A stretch of 63,012 nt of DNA, counting the filler, from Thraustochytrium aureum (lineage: Eukaryota): assembly GCA_012862495.1 (NCBI GenBank). It is 5 parts of 5 records of this genome, joined end to end, with 100 filler letters (N's around TTAATTAATTAA, not from the genome) between each part and the next. Parts side by side here need not be neighbours in the genome. Positions count along the whole stretch, not along the records: positions 31,353 to 56,470 come from BLSG01000407.1; 4 more parts are not named here. One strand, written 5' to 3'. A program made the translations under genes and the position numbers. Positions 32,547 to 45,792 of this stretch are shown in pieces; position 1 is the first letter of the stretch; each line of letters begins with the position of its first letter. The notes under the pieces were generated by a model. It was not told the origin of the DNA and did not search any database. It saw only the letters and a list, made by a program, of their open reading frames with translations.

Positions 32547-35057
32547 ATGGTGGGGATGGGCGCCGCCAAGCGCGTCGTGGCGAGCCGCGGCGTCGCCCCA
32601 CTGAAGCGCTGGATGTCGTCCGCGCCGACGGGACGCACGGACGGGCGCAGTTTGACAAGCTGCTTGTGGCGAACCGAGGCGAGATCGCGTGCAGGGTGAT
32701 GCGGACGGCGCGGCGGCTCGGCGTGCGCACCGTTGCTGTGTACAGCGACGCGGACGCCGCCGCGCAGCACGTGCGCGAAGCAGACGAGAGCTTCAACATC
32801 GGCCCTGCCGCCGCGGCGCAGAGCTACCTGGTTGGAGAGCGGATCTGCGAGGTGGCCAAGCTGGCAGGTGCGCAAGCCATCCATCCCGGCTACGGCTTCC
32901 TCTCCGAGAACGCCGGCTTCGCAAGGCTGTGCGAGTCCAACGGAATCGAGTTCGTAGGCCCTCCACAAGGCGCCATCGTGAGCATGGGTTCCAAATCAGA
33001 GTCGAAGAACATCATGGAGGCCGCCGGCGTGCCCTGCACGCCTGGCTACCACGGCGAGGACCAGTCCCTCGAGACTCTCGTGGAAAACGCCAAGCGCATC
33101 GGATTCCCCGTCATGCTAAAGGCCGTCATGGGCGGCGGTGGCAAGGGCATGCGTGTCGTTGAGCGCGAGAGCGAGCTCGCCTCCAACATCGCTGCCTGCC
33201 AGCGCGAGGCGCTCGCCTCGTTCGGTGACGAGCGCATCCTCATCGAAAAGTACTTGCGCCGTCCGCGCCACATCGAACTCCAGGTTTTCGCTGACAAGCT
33301 TGGCAACACGGTGTACCTGCACGAGCGCGACTGCTCCGTGCAGCGCCGTCACCAAAAGGTGCTGGAGGAGGCGCCTGCGCCCGGCATGCCCGAGGCGCTT
33401 CGCGCCAAGATGGGCGAGGCCGCGGTGGCTGCTGCCAAGGCGGTCGGCTACGTTGGGGCCGGCACGGTCGNNNNNNNNNNNNNNNNNNNNNNNNNNNNNN
33501 NNNNNNNNNNNNNNNNNNNNNNNNNNNNNNNNNNNNNNNNNNNNNNNNNNNNNNNNNNNNNNNNNNNNNNNNNNNNNNNNNNNNNNNNNNNNNNNNNNNN
33601 NNNNNNNNNNNNNNNNNNNNNNNNNNNNNNNNNNNNNNNNNNNNNNNNNNNNNNNNNNNNNNNNNNNNNNNNNNNNNNNNNNNNNNNNNNNNNNNNNNNN
33701 NNNNNNNNNNNNNNNNNNNNNNNNNNNNNNNNNNNNNNNNNNNNNNNNNNNNNNNNNNNNNNNGATGAACACGCGGCTCCAGGTCGAGCACCCCGTCACC
33801 GAGATGGTCACCGGTCTCGACCTCGTCGAGTGGCAGCTGCGCGTCGCAGCTGGCCAGCCGCTCCCCATCGTCGAGCAAGCCAAGGTGCCCTTTTTCGGCC
33901 ATGCGCTTGAGGCCCGCGTGTACGCCGAGAGCCCCGGGTCGGGCTTTCTGCCCGGCTCGGGCCGCATCCAGTTCCTGCGAGAGCCGACGCGCGAGGTCGA
34001 CCAGTACGTGTACCCTGGCTCGGTGTACCGTAACGAGCTGCGCGTCGAGACCGGTGTCAAGCAAGGGGACGCCATCTCGATTCACTACGACCCCATGATC
34101 TCCAAAGTTGTGGTGCACGGCCCCGACCGCCAAAGCGCGCTGCGCCAGATGGAGCGCGCGTTGTCCGAGTACCGCGTTGTGGGCGTGCCCACCAACATCG
34201 AGTTTCTCCTCTCCTGCCTGCGCCACAAGGCCTTTGCTGCTGGCGGCGTTGACACCTCGTTCATCGCCAAGTACGAGAGCGAGCTGCTTGCCAACGCCCC
34301 GCCGCCTCTCGAGGACGCGCGCGCTGCCGCTCTCGCGGTGTTGTCCCGCGCGGCGCTCGCCGCGGCCGAGAACGCCAGCACCGCGCTCCCGATGCCGTTC
34401 GGCTTCCGCGTCGGCCAGGCCTACAAGCAAAACCTCGTCCTCGACCTCGCCACCGACGACGGCAGCAAGCCCCGTCGCGTCGCGGTCGAAGCCTCGCTTC
34501 TGCCGCCGTCGCTCGCGCCGCAGTCCGAGCAGGTCGGCTTTCGTGTGGCTGCCCGGTTTTTGGACCCGGAGGCTGAGGACCTGGCCGCCGCCCTGGCGGC
34601 CTCTGCCGACGCGGCGCCAGACCACGTCGTCCAAGTGAGCGCCACGCTTGGCCCTGATGCGCTCCGCGACAGCGTGTTGCGCGTGACCGTCGACGGAGCC
34701 CCTTGCAAAATCTCGCCAGTTGTGGAGCAAAAGTCGGGCGACCTCTTCTTGTTTGACGCCTCTGCGGGCACCGGAGCCTTCTCGCGGCTCCTCTACCGCG
34801 TGGCGGCGGTCTCTCGAGCGGCCGGGGCTGACGCCCAGGGCGGCGCGGGGGCGGCCAAAGCGCCTATGCCGGGCAAGATTATCAAGGTGATTGTCGAAGA
34901 GGGCCAGCTCGTGGAGAAGGACGAGCCGCTCATCATTATGGAGGCAATGAAGATGGAGCACGTCATCAAGGCCAGCAAGGCGGGGACCGTGACGCAGATC
35001 AACGTCGCCGTCAACGACCAGGTCGACGACAGCAAGGTGCTCTGCACCGTCGAGTGA
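32547..35057 (+). CDS. MCCC1: 3-methylcrotonyl-CoA carboxylase alpha (biotin-containing) subunit, mitochondrial; frameshift near 32644 and internal gap
   Basis: Presequence-like [15 protein letters not shown]...[64 protein letters not shown], biotin site EAMKMEH. Confidence 0.88.
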
Positions 35058-35278
35058 CCGCCGTGTCGCTCTGGCGCCCAACGAACCAACTTTTTTATTC
35101 ACTGCTCGCCCTCTTCCTTGCCGAGCTCACAAGCGAGCCAAGCTCACACGCGAGCAGGGCCACCGGGGCAGACCCCGCAGGGATTCGGTCTCGGCGATGC
35201 AGGCGGGCCGGCCACCCACAGCGGCCTTTGTTCCGCTGGATTGCACTACCCTCTTGCCCGCACGGTGCCCAAAGCAAG

Positions 35279-35575
35279 TCAAGGCTCAATCTCAAACACG
35301 TTGAGCGTCATGGCGACCATAGAGTAGTAGCCAATGATCGCCACGGTCTCGACAGTGTGGGTTTCAGAAAACTCGTCGCACATCGCCGCGTAGGTGGCGT
35401 CACTCGCCTTTGACGACCCCAGCACTTCGCGCGCAAACTCATGCAAAACCCTCTCTCGGCGCGGCTCCGCGATCGCTTCGCCGCGCTCGATCGTCTTGAT
35501 CAAGACCTCGTCGAGGCCCACGCGGCGAGCCTCGGCGACGTGAATGTCCCACTCCGTCTGCGACTTGTGATGGAA
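35279..35575 (-). CDS. Carboxymuconolactone decarboxylase/AhpD-family protein, C-terminal half (5' part in gap)
   Basis: SQTEWDIHVAEARRVGL...DATYAAM...IGYYSMVAMTLNVFEI fits the EWxxH and GYY...LN pattern of this family. Confidence 0.72.
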   Translation of the reverse strand, partial: FHHKSQTEWDIHVAEARRVGLDEVLIKTIERGEAIAEPRRERVLHEFAREVLGSSKASDATYAAMCDEFSETHTVETVAIIGYYSMVAMTLNVFEIEP

Positions 35576-36334
35576 NNNNNNNNNNNNNNNNNNNNNNNNN
35601 NNNNNNNNNNNNNNNNNNNNNNNNNNNNNNNNNNNNNNNNNNNNNNNNNNNNNNNNNNNNNNNNNNNNNNNNNNNNNNNNNNNNNNNNNNNNNNNNNNNN
35701 NNNNNNNNNNNNNNNNNNNNNNNNNNNNNNNNNNNNNNNNNNNNNNNNNNNNNNNNNNNNNNNNNNNNNNNNNNNNNNNNNNNNNNNNNNNNNNNNNNNN
35801 NNNNNNNNNNNNNNNNNNNNNNNNNNNNNNNNNNNNNNNNNNNNNNNNNNNNNNNNNNNNNNNNNNNNNNNNNNNNNNNNNNNNNNNNNNNNNNNNNNNN
35901 NNNNNNNNNNNNNNNNNNNNNNNNNNNNNNNNNNNNNNNNNNNNNNNNNNNNNNNNNNNNNNNNNNNNNNNNCAGCCCGACCGGTTGGCTGGACGGCGCG
36001 ACGCACGCGCAGGCAGATCGCGGACTAGCGAGCAGATCCGACACCTCGGGCGCGAAGCTCGTCCTGACGCTGCCTTTGCGACCGTCCCCGCGAGGGCCCT
36101 TGCAGGTGCGCTTCGTGGCGTTGGCCTGGTGCCGTCTGTCTGCCCACTCGTTGCGCGGGACCCACTCGTTGCGCGGGACACAGCGCCTCACGCGACGAGG
36201 GCATTTCCCTGCTGGCCTGGCCTCCTGAGCACCAGCACCACCAGGAGACCCTCGGGCGCGCCAAGAGCAGCCTTCCTCGAGCGCAGCGACAGCTCGGAGC
36301 AGCGCTTGACGACCGCGCAGGCGGCGAGGAGGGA

Positions 36335-38060
36335 ATGGCGGATGCTTTGCTGGTCGCGGAAGGAGCCGGCTGCGAGGAGCAGCTCGCCAAACCTGGGTCG
36401 TTTGAATTCTTTCTCAACGCGGGCCTCGCTCTCGGATGCGTGTGCCTTGCGGCGCTGGCCGCTGGCCTGACGATGGGGCTTGTGGCCATCGAGCCGTTCA
36501 GGCTGCAGATCCTCCTGGAGACCAAGGAGGCCGACTGCACGAGTTCCAAGCAGATCAAGGAGCTGCGCGAAGAGCAGGCCTGCGCACGCAAGATCCTGCC
36601 GCTCGTCTCCAAGCACCATTTACTGCTGGTGACTCTCTTGCTGCTCAACTCGATCGCGAACGAGTGCCTGCCGCTCTTCCTGGACGAGGTCGTTCCAACG
36701 GGCGTGGCCATTATCCTGTCAGTCACCTTTGTGCTGCTGTTCGGCGAGATCATCCCTTCTGCGATTTTCACTGGCCCGAACCAGCTCTATATCGCATCGT
36801 CGTTCGTTCCCGTGGTGCGCGTCGCCATGTGCTTGATCTACCCCATCGGGTTCCCCATCTCCAAGCTGCTCGACTACGTTTTGGGAGAAGAGCACGCCGA
36901 CAAGTTCAACAAGGCCGAGCTCCGCGCGTTGGTCAAGCTACACGCCTACACGCCGCGCCCCAAGCAGCCGCGGAGCCCCGCTCGCCAGCGCCAGGAGAGC
37001 GACATGATCCGCGTCAAGCTCGAGGAGATCGGTGTTGACGAGCAGACCGCCGCAATGGCGGCCCTCGCCACCGCGGCCGCGCAAGAAGCCATCGAGGAGG
37101 AGAACGCCGACTTTCGAAACGGCGACGAGGAGGAGGGGTTTATGGGTGCGACGATGTCTGGGACGAGCGGGGCGAGCCTTCTCACGTCGGCCGAGCGCAA
37201 CCACAACCACCAACAGCGCGTGAACCGTGCCGGGAGCTCTGGGACCCAGACAACCGCCTTTACGGATGGCGGGCTGGAGGTGGACGAGGTCTTAATCATG
37301 CATGGCGCGCTGGACCTAAAAGAGACGACGGCGCGGGACAAGATGATCCCCCTCACGCATACGTATATGGTAAGCAGCGACACCCTTCTGACCGAAAATG
37401 CGCTGGCCGACCTGGTTGCTGTGGGCCACAGCCGCATCCCGGTGTACGAAGGCCTCCGGACAAACATCCGCGGCCTGCTCCTCGTGAAAAAGCTCATCGT
37501 CATAAACCCGCAGGACGCCCGCCGCGTCGATACCTTGTTCCTGCGCACGCCTGTCTTTGTGCACCCTGACAAGTCGCTGTTGGTTTTGCTCAACACGTTT
37601 CAGACTGGGGGGAGTCACATGGCCGTCGTGACGGACTCTCCAAAGGCCATGCAAGAAGCCATTCGCAACGGCACCCCCGTTCCCGATGACGTCAACGTGT
37701 TCGGCATCTGCACGCTTGAGGACATCATCGAGACACTCATCAAAGAGGACATCAGTGACGAGACGGATTTCCACCTCAGCGTCAAGCACTCGCTGTTCAC
37801 GCAGCAGCGGAAGCAGCGCCTGCTTGCGCTGGCTATCAAGCAAAAGCAGCAGCGCAAGCTTGGCCGCACAGGCGTCGCCGCGCCTTGTCGGGGCCAAAAC
37901 CAAGGGCGTTTTGAGCCGCACCGGCTCCAGCTCGTACGGCTCTGTGCCGACCCCGCCGCGCGGCGAATTCAGCGCATCGCTACCGTGGCCCTCCCCGGTG
38001 CCCTCGCGGGCTGGGAGCGCGGCCGGTCAGCGAACCCCGCTGCTCGAAAGCCAGAAATGA
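36335..38060 (+). CDS. CNNM/DUF21-CBS metal transporter (Mam3-like); frameshift near 37843
   Basis: AGLTMGL, HHLLLVTLLLLN..ANECLPLFLD, VLLFGEIIPSA, GHSRIPVY, LLNTFQTGGSHMAVV, GICTLEDIIE; alternative frame gives a plausible end ...TPLLESQK* at 38060. Confidence 0.9.
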
Positions 38061-39568
38061 CCGCGCTCCACTTAATTAAATTTGCTCGGCTCGGAAATGG
38101 CGAAGCCCCCGGCCGGCCGTCGTCAACGACCTACCAATCGAGCCGAATCCAATCCAATCTATTGCGCGTCAAGCTCAACTTTGAAACAACAGTAGAGTTA
38201 GTACTCGGGTACTCGAACTTTACAGGTTTGCTGGCTCCAGCTCTCTAGAGAGTAGAGCGAGCTCTGTTCTCTAGCTAGCTCGGGGGACAGCTTCGGCGCC
38301 GCGCTCTCGCGCGACCGGAAGCGCGATCCAATCAAGTCTTCCCGACCGCGGCTGCCGCAGCAAGCCCAAGGGCCAAGGCTACACCAGACGAACGACTTGC
38401 AGAGCTCTCCCACGGGGTTTGCTCCTCAAAGCAAAGCCCGCCGAACCGGTCGGTGCAGACAGCTGTTGCCGTGAACCGGTTGCCAGTGAGGTCAAAGTTG
38501 CGCGTCCACGTCCCTGCATCAGTGTAGCCCCAATTCTCCACTTTGTACGAGCCCTTGATTGATTCACTCTGACAGCGCGAGTCAAGTTGCCAGCACGCCG
38601 TTAGAGAACCAGCGTGCGTGCAGTGATCGCAGGTCAGTGTGGAGCCCTGGACGCCGCGCCGACGTTTTCACGCGTTAGTTTCAAACTCTGGACGTTCTCG
38701 CACTGTGGATGCCAGCTGGCCTGCGCTACGTCACGGAAGGGTGGCGCTCGGGGCGCAGCTTCCATTGGGGCGAAAACTCACCTTGGGGAGGCAGGCAGCG
38801 AGCGGCACGTCGGTCTTGCCGTCGACGACGTCGCCGCTTTGAAGCGGGTAGCAGCNNNNNNNNNNNNNNNNNNNNNNNNNNNNNNNNNNNNNNNNNNNNN
38901 NNNNNNNNNNNNNNNNNNNNNNNNNNNNNNNNNNNNNNNNNNNNNNNNNNNNNNNNNNNNNNNNNNNNNNNNNNNNNNNNNNNNNNNNNNNNNNNNNNNN
39001 NNNNNNNNNNNNNNNNNNNNNNNNNNNNNNNNNNNNNNNNNNNNNNNNNNNNNNNNNNNNNNNNNNNNNNNNNNNNNNNNNNNNNNNNNNNNNNNNNNNN
39101 NNNNNNNNNNNNNNNNNNNNNNNNNNNNNNNNNNNNNNNNNNNNNNNNNNNNNNNNNNNNNNNNNNNNNNNNNNNNNNNNNNNNNNNNNNNNNNNNNNNN
39201 NNNNNNNNNNNNNNNNNNNNNNNNNNNNNNNNNNNNNNNNNNNNNNNNNNNNNNNNNNNNNNNNNNNNNNNNNNNNNNNNNNNNNNNNNNNNNNNNNNNN
39301 NNNNNNNNNNNNNNNNNNNNNNNNNNNNNNNNNNNNNNNNNNNNNNNNNNNNNNNNNNNNNNNNNNNNNNNNNNNNNNNNNNNNNNNNNNNNNNNNNNNN
39401 NNNNNNNNNNNNNNNNNNNNNNNNNNNNNNNNNNNNNNNNNNNNNNNNNNNNNNNNNNNNNNNNNNNNNNNNNNNNNNNNNNNNNNNNNNNNNNNNNNNN
39501 NNNNNNNNNNNNNNNNNNNNNNNNNNNNNNNNNNNNNNNNNNNNNNNNNNNNNNNNNNNNNNNNNNNN

Positions 39569-42500
39569 CCGCCCCCGGCGCTGACGGAGGCCGTTTTGCA
39601 AGCAATCGCCGCTCGCGGTGTGTCGCTCGACCTGGCGGCGACCTTGCCCGCAGGCCCTGCTGTGGCGTCAAGCGCGACCAGCGCCGCGAGCGGTGATTCG
39701 GTCGCGGGCCTCGAGCAAGACTTGCGACTGTCGCTTCGCCAGGCGGTTCGCGTCGTTGACGGCGCGGCGCGCGGCGAGGCGCTCGACGACCTTCTCAGAC
39801 GCTGCCTGATGGTTCCTTTCCGAGGGCACGCCCTCCGCGACGCCTTTGAAGAAAACGTCGCCAAGTGCCCGCCGCTTGTGCTGGGGCCGTTCAGCCCGGC
39901 TTGCCCCGCCGGCGCGGCGGCAGCAGCCCCCGGTCGAGACTTGCTTGCCAAGCTCGAGCTGGTGCCGCGCGTGGAAGGCTTTGTGGAGATGCCACATCAG
40001 CTGAGGCACATGGATGCTATTGCTGCGGACCTGGCCCGTGGTGACCACGTCCTCCTCATCGGGAACCAAGGGACTGGAAAAAACAAGATCACTGATCGCC
40101 TACTCGAGCGCCTGCACTTGCCTCGCGAGTACCTCCAGCTGTCGCGCGACTCACTGTAAACAGCCTCACGGTGACGCCAACCTTGCAAGACGGCCGCATC
40201 GCCTTCATCGACTCGCCCCTCGTGCGCGCCGCTCAGTTCGGCCATGTTTTGGTCCTCGACGAGGCCGACAAGGCCGCCGTCGAGGTCGTCACCGTTCTGA
40301 AGGGGCTCCTCACAGATGGCGAGATGCGACTCGCGGACGGCCGCGTCATCAGGGCGGAGCACGCGCGGACTGCCGCAGAGCCGGGCGGCGCCGAGCAGAG
40401 CGAGATTGCGCTCCACCCCGACTTTCGCGTCATCTGCCTCGCTAACCGACCGGGGTTCCCATTCTTGGGCAACGACTTTTTCCACGAGCTCTCCGACTGC
40501 TTCTCGACGCGAATCGTGGGCAACGGGTCTTTGGAAGACCAGGCCATGCTGCTGCGCAGCATCGCGCCGACATTGGACGAGCCCAAAGTCTGGGCCCTCG
40601 CAAAGAGTTTTGACGCTTTGCGGGAGAGGTGCGAGCAAGGCGTGCTCAAGTACCCGTTCTCCACTCGCGAGGCGGCCGCAGTGGCTCGCCATGTGGAGAA
40701 GTTCCCGCACGACGGGCTTCGGGCAGCCCTTGCGAACGTGTTTGACTTTGACCTCCTTGACAGCGACACGATGGAGCTCGTCTCGGAGGCGTTTGCGGCT
40801 CACGGGATCGCCGTGGGCAAGCGCCGCGGCCCCGTTGTGATAAACCTTGCCGATGAGCAAGCGCTGCAGCCGAACGACCTGGCCACTGCAATGGCGGCCG
40901 CGCAGAGAGCAAGTGGCCTCGGTCTCGGCGATGGCCTTCTGGCTTCAAGCGGTGCAGATGCAGCTCGGCGCGGTGTTGACGGAGCAGGGTCCGCGGCTGA
41001 TGTGCACTTGCGCGGCAGGGACGTCTCGTTCTTGCTGGACAATCACGTGCAAGCCCAGGACACGACGAAAGGTAGAGTGCCAGGGCGTGTTTCGCGCTTT
41101 GACGAGCAGCTTGTGCGCTTTCACTGGAGCGCGCGCTCGTCCGTGTCGGCTGGAGCGCGCCCTGTGGCGCTAGATAGCGACGGCGCTGGCTCCGTGGTCG
41201 TTTTGGCTGAGCGCCCTGCGTTTGTCTCCATCACGGCTGGCGCGCCGCTGCAGATCGACGAGACCAGGCTCATCGGCGTCGACAAGCTTGTTGGCACGGG
41301 CGTCCACGTGGAGCTTGCCGCGCTCGGCGACTGCGCCGCGCTCGTAGCCCCGAACGTGGGCTGCATGTGGCTCTTATCGCCAGACGGCGCGGCAGCACAC
41401 CGCTTCGACTTGCCCGAAGCGTTTTTGGGCCAACCTGTTGCTACGCAGCGCTTCTCGGGCAGGAACGCGGCGCTCTTTGACGTGGAGACGAGCCGCGGCA
41501 GCGGACTCTTGTCGTTGACGTCGCGCAAGACCGGTCTCGCGGTCGTGTTCGGCCGCGACAGCACCCTTTGCCTCGGCGAGCTACAAGGTCGGATGTACGC
41601 GCCGAGCGAGCGGCCCTCGCATGCAGGGCTCGACGACCGCGGGGACGAAACCCTAGCTGTCGCCCTTCGCGGGGGCAAAGAGGCCTTGGTGGTGGTCAAG
41701 GAAGGCGCGCTCGCCGTCGCCGTCCTTGATCTCGGCCGTGGCACACGCCGGGCGATCAACATCCCGGCAACCAGCAGGGTTGGCAGCGCGCCTCCCAAGG
41801 ACGTCGACTCTGACGCGTCGAGGCACCCGACGGAGCTCGTTGGGCTGAGTGCTCTCGGCCAAGACAAGGTGGCCTGCTTGCTGAGCAACGGGGAGGTGGT
41901 CATTGTTGAAGCGGAGCGGAGCGCGTCAGAGTCGGCGCTCGAGGAGTGGCTCGACCAGTTTGCCGTCCCGGGATCGACGACAACGTCGCACGGCGAACAG
42001 GTTGGCCAGGGCTTGACTGTCCAAGTGGCCCTCGAGGCCCCGCCCGGTGATGCCAGCGAGGAGGTTGACCTCTTCGCCGCCGTGCCGGCAGGAGATGAGG
42101 CCGCGGCAGCGAACGCGGTGCAAGGAGGGCCGCTCGACGCTGACGCTCTGGGCAGCGGNNNNNNNNNNNNNNNNNNNNNNNNNNNNNNNNNNNNNNNNNN
42201 NNNNNNNNNNNNNNNNNNNNNNNNNNNNNNNNNNNNNNNNNNNNNNNNNNNNNNNNNNNNNNNNNNNNNNNNNNNNNNNNNNNNNNNNNNNNNNNNNNNN
42301 NNNNNNNNNNNNNNNNNNNNNNNNNNNNNNNNNNNNNNNNNNNNNNNNNNNNNNNNNNNNNNNNNNNNNNNNNNNNNNNNNNNNNNNNNNNNNNNNNNNN
42401 NNNNNNNNNNNNNNNNNNNNNNNNNNNNNNNNNNNNNNNNNNNNNNNNNNNNNNNNNNNNNNNNNNNNNNNNNNNNNNNNNNNNNNNNNNNGTCCGCGCT

Positions 42501-43356
42501 GGCGCAGTTCAAACTGCGCCAGGCGATGGAGGACATCCAGGACGGGTCTGGTGGACGGGGTGCAGGGGCATACCGCGAGGCGAAGGAGCGCATGGCGCGC
42601 CAGATCAAGGAGCTCAAGCTCGTCCTCGAGTCGCAGGAGGCGAAAGAGAAGGAGCGCGCCTGGCTGCCCAACAAGGCGCAAGGGGAGATCGACGACAACC
42701 GTCTCGTGCAGGGCATCACTGGCGATGCGCTGATCTTTAAGCAGCGTGGGACCCCTCAGCGCGCGATGGGCATGTTTCAGGACAAACCCAAGAAGATGTT
42801 GTTCGTGCTGGATACGAGCGCGAGCATGGCGCGGGCCAACGATGACCGGCTCCGCCACATGGTGGATGCTGTTGTTATGCTCATTGAGTGCCTTGATCCA
42901 TACCAGCACAAGTACTCTGTGGCGATGACGTGTCACTCGGGATCTTCCCCAGACATGCCTTTGATCAAGTTTGGAGAGTGGCCGGGAGCGGCTGCGCGGC
43001 GCGAGCTGTGCGCCACGGTGGTAGCCAAGGCGCGGTCGGCGAATACGGGGGACCACACCTTGCAAGCTGCCAAGCTTGCAGTCGAGCGTGTCGTCCAGGA
43101 GGACGGGGACGACTACTTTGTGGTGCTGCTCTCTGACGCCAACCTGGGTCGGTACAATGTGTCTCCCGCAGACCTCGGTGCGGTTCTAACTGGGGACCCA
43201 AAGGTGAACGCGCACGCGATTTTCATCGCCGAGCCTGGGGCTTCAGAGTGGCTTGCCAAGGCGTTGCCGCTTGGGCGTGGCCACGTTTGCTTGAATCCCG
43301 CGGACCTTCCGCGTGTGCTCGCCGATATCTTTGACGATGCGATTCGGCGGGCCTAG
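39569..43356 (+). CDS. VWA8: VWA8 (AAA+ ATPase with C-terminal VWA domain); 5' end in gap, frameshift near 40152
   Basis: HVLLIGNQGTGKNK...REYLQL, DSPLVRA, LDEADKA, HPDFRVICLANRPGFPFLGNDFF, YPFSTRE, NVFDFD, ERAW...GEIDDNRL, VWA VLDTSASM, SDANLGRY. Confidence 0.92.
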
Positions 43357-43934
43357 AGTAGTGCCCGCCCCTGAGCTTGTAGCGTTATAGCGCGAGCGAG
43401 TGAGCGCGAGCGAGAGGGCGACGACGATGCGTGCAAGCGGGCGCCGCTCGCATGCGCCCGCGGACACCTAACCAGCCTCGCCAGATCCGAGACCGACCCG
43501 GCGCTACCAGGAGTGCTTGCCGCGCTTCCGCCCGTCCTCGAGGCGCTCGAGCCGCCAGGCTCACCGGCGAGCTACGACGGCCTCGACCGCCACAGGCCCC
43601 AAACCAAGCGCGCCTGCCAGCCAGATTGCCGCAAGAGCTAGTCGCTAGAAAAGAGCCAAACACCCAATGCACGAACCCACCAGCCGGCCGACGGGGCGTG
43701 GCGCTTGACGTCAGCGCCGAGCGCGGCCGGGGCGATATCCTCGAGCTCGGCGACCTCGTACTTACATAGTAGACTTGGTCGTCCTCGTCAGTACGTGTCG
43801 CAAACCCACAACGCCACGGCGCAGAAGACGACGCAGAAGAAAGCTGCGCGCGGAGCACTGTGGCACAGCTCTCGCGGCGCTGGCTGGGCTCTTTGGTTGA
43901 CGCGTTGAGGCGAGTTGGTTGGCTCGCCGCCGGG

Positions 43935-45559
43935 ATGCTCGGGGACGATGGGGACGCGATGCGAGTCGACGCCGCGCGCGCGCCCAGGTCGTTCGAGCGG
44001 CTGGATGCTGGGCTTGAGGGCGGCGAAGGACCGACGGCGGCGCTCATGCTCGATNNNNNNNNNNNNNNNNNNNNNNNNNNNNNNNNNNNNNNNNNNNNNN
44101 NNNNNNNNNNNNNNNNNNNNNNNNNNNNNNNNNNNNNNNNNNNNNNNNNNNNNNNNNNNNNNNNNNNNNNNNNNNNNNNNNNNNNNNNNNNNNNNNNNNN
44201 NNNNNNNNNNNNNNNNNNNNNNNNNNNNNNNNNNNNNNNNNNNNNNNNNNNNNNNNNNNNNNNNNNNNNNNNNNNNNNNNNNNNNNNNNNNNNNNNNNNN
44301 NNNNNNNNNNNNNNNNNNNNNNNNNNNNNNNNNNNNNNNNNNNNNNNNNNNNNNNNNNNNNNNNNNNNNNNNNCTCGCTGAGCGACTCGTTCGCGAGGCT
44401 TGGGTGGGCGCTTGGCGTGGCGGCGTTTGTGATGATTTGCGGCGTGAACATTGGGTGTGGGTACGCCTACTACGAGGCGACCTGTCTCGTGCCGGGGGGC
44501 ATTGGGCCCGTGGAGATGGCGCACGTGACAGTGCGGAATAAGCACTACACGCGCTTTGCCAGCGTGGTCCTACAGAGCTACCTCGTTCTGCTCATCTCGA
44601 CGCAGTTCCTGGTCGCCTCGGACGTCCTCGAGGGCACCTTCTCGGGACTGATTCGGCTTTGCAAGCCCATGTGGGGCGCCATCGCTGCGGTGATCATCGT
44701 CCCGCTGCTGCAGTTTCGCACTTTTCATGCGATGCGGTGCGTGCTGTACATCGGGCTGCTCACGTTCTACGCAGGCGCGATCATTATTCTGGTAGTTTTC
44801 TCGCGAGGCTTTGTGCAGGACGGCGTCGCCGAGACCTCGATCGTGAACCCAGACCTGGGGTGGTTTGGGTTTTCGCTTGGGGTCAGCAAGATCCTCTTCG
44901 CCTTCTTGGGCACCGACCTGTACCTGCAGTTTATGGCTGAACTCGGCGACCTCGGCCGCTTTCCGTCCATCCTGGTGCTCTCCAACGTCATCATTGGCCT
45001 CACGTACGTCATATTTGCGGCGGTGGGCTATCTCCGCGTCGGCGACGTGCCAAATGTGTTCATCTTGGACCTTATGCCCAAGGACAACCTGTACCGGGCC
45101 ACCAACTTTGTCATATTTGTGCACGTCCTCGTGTCCTACTTGTTGAATGCACATGTGCTGCACAAGTGGCTTCACCTCAAGATCGCCCCGTCGACGGTGT
45201 CTGACCCTGGCCCCCACGGCAGGCTGCACTGGTTCCTCATCTCGTTCGGTACTCTTGTGGTGAGCTATGTTGTCGCCAACGCGATTCCCATGTTCAACCA
45301 GCTCGCCTCGCTCCTCGGAAGCCTGCAGACCCCATTTCTCGGGATCGTGTTCCCCATCCTGTCGCTCATCTCCGCGAGGCGCCGGAGGCATCGGGAGACG
45401 CCCGTGATCCAGTGGATCGCCATCGCGCTGGTGTTGGCGTTTGCACTCTTCGTGTTTGTCTGTGGCACGATCGCGTCCTTGCTCGACGTTTACAACCAAT
45501 TCCTCGTGATCGAGCCGCCCTTCGCGCAGTGCGGCACAACACCACCAGCGACGCAATGA
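43935..45559 (+). CDS. Amino acid transporter, AAAP/Aa_trans family (start uncertain, gap)
   Basis: SLSDSFARLGW..G first-TM pattern, ILFAFLG...MAEL, AVGYL, IPMFNQLASLLGS; about ten TM helices. Confidence 0.82.
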
Positions 45560-45792
45560 CGCGAGAAGAATTGATCAGGGTCGGAGGATGGGTTTGCCAA
45601 ACTCGGGGGCGGGGGTGGGTTTCCCAAACACACGTGCTTTGGTGCGCGCTTCTAGTTGGCAGTGGGCGATCGCGTCACAGCCGGTGATCTTGAAAAACGA
45701 AGCGGGCCCAATCGTGCAAGAAACTGACTTTTCTTTCTTCCTTAACTGCTCTAAATCAATCACGCACGCCGCTCCGGGCCGGGCGGGGTCCG

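Noticed and set aside
36143..36178. 18-bp duplication (also 17-bp repeat near 48407-48447 and GCAC run near 933-957)
   Set aside because: Ordinary short slippage duplications with no further structure
38060..39568. VWA8 apparently lacking its N-terminal AAA module
   Set aside because: The 5' end lies in a gap of estimated size, so truncation cannot be claimed
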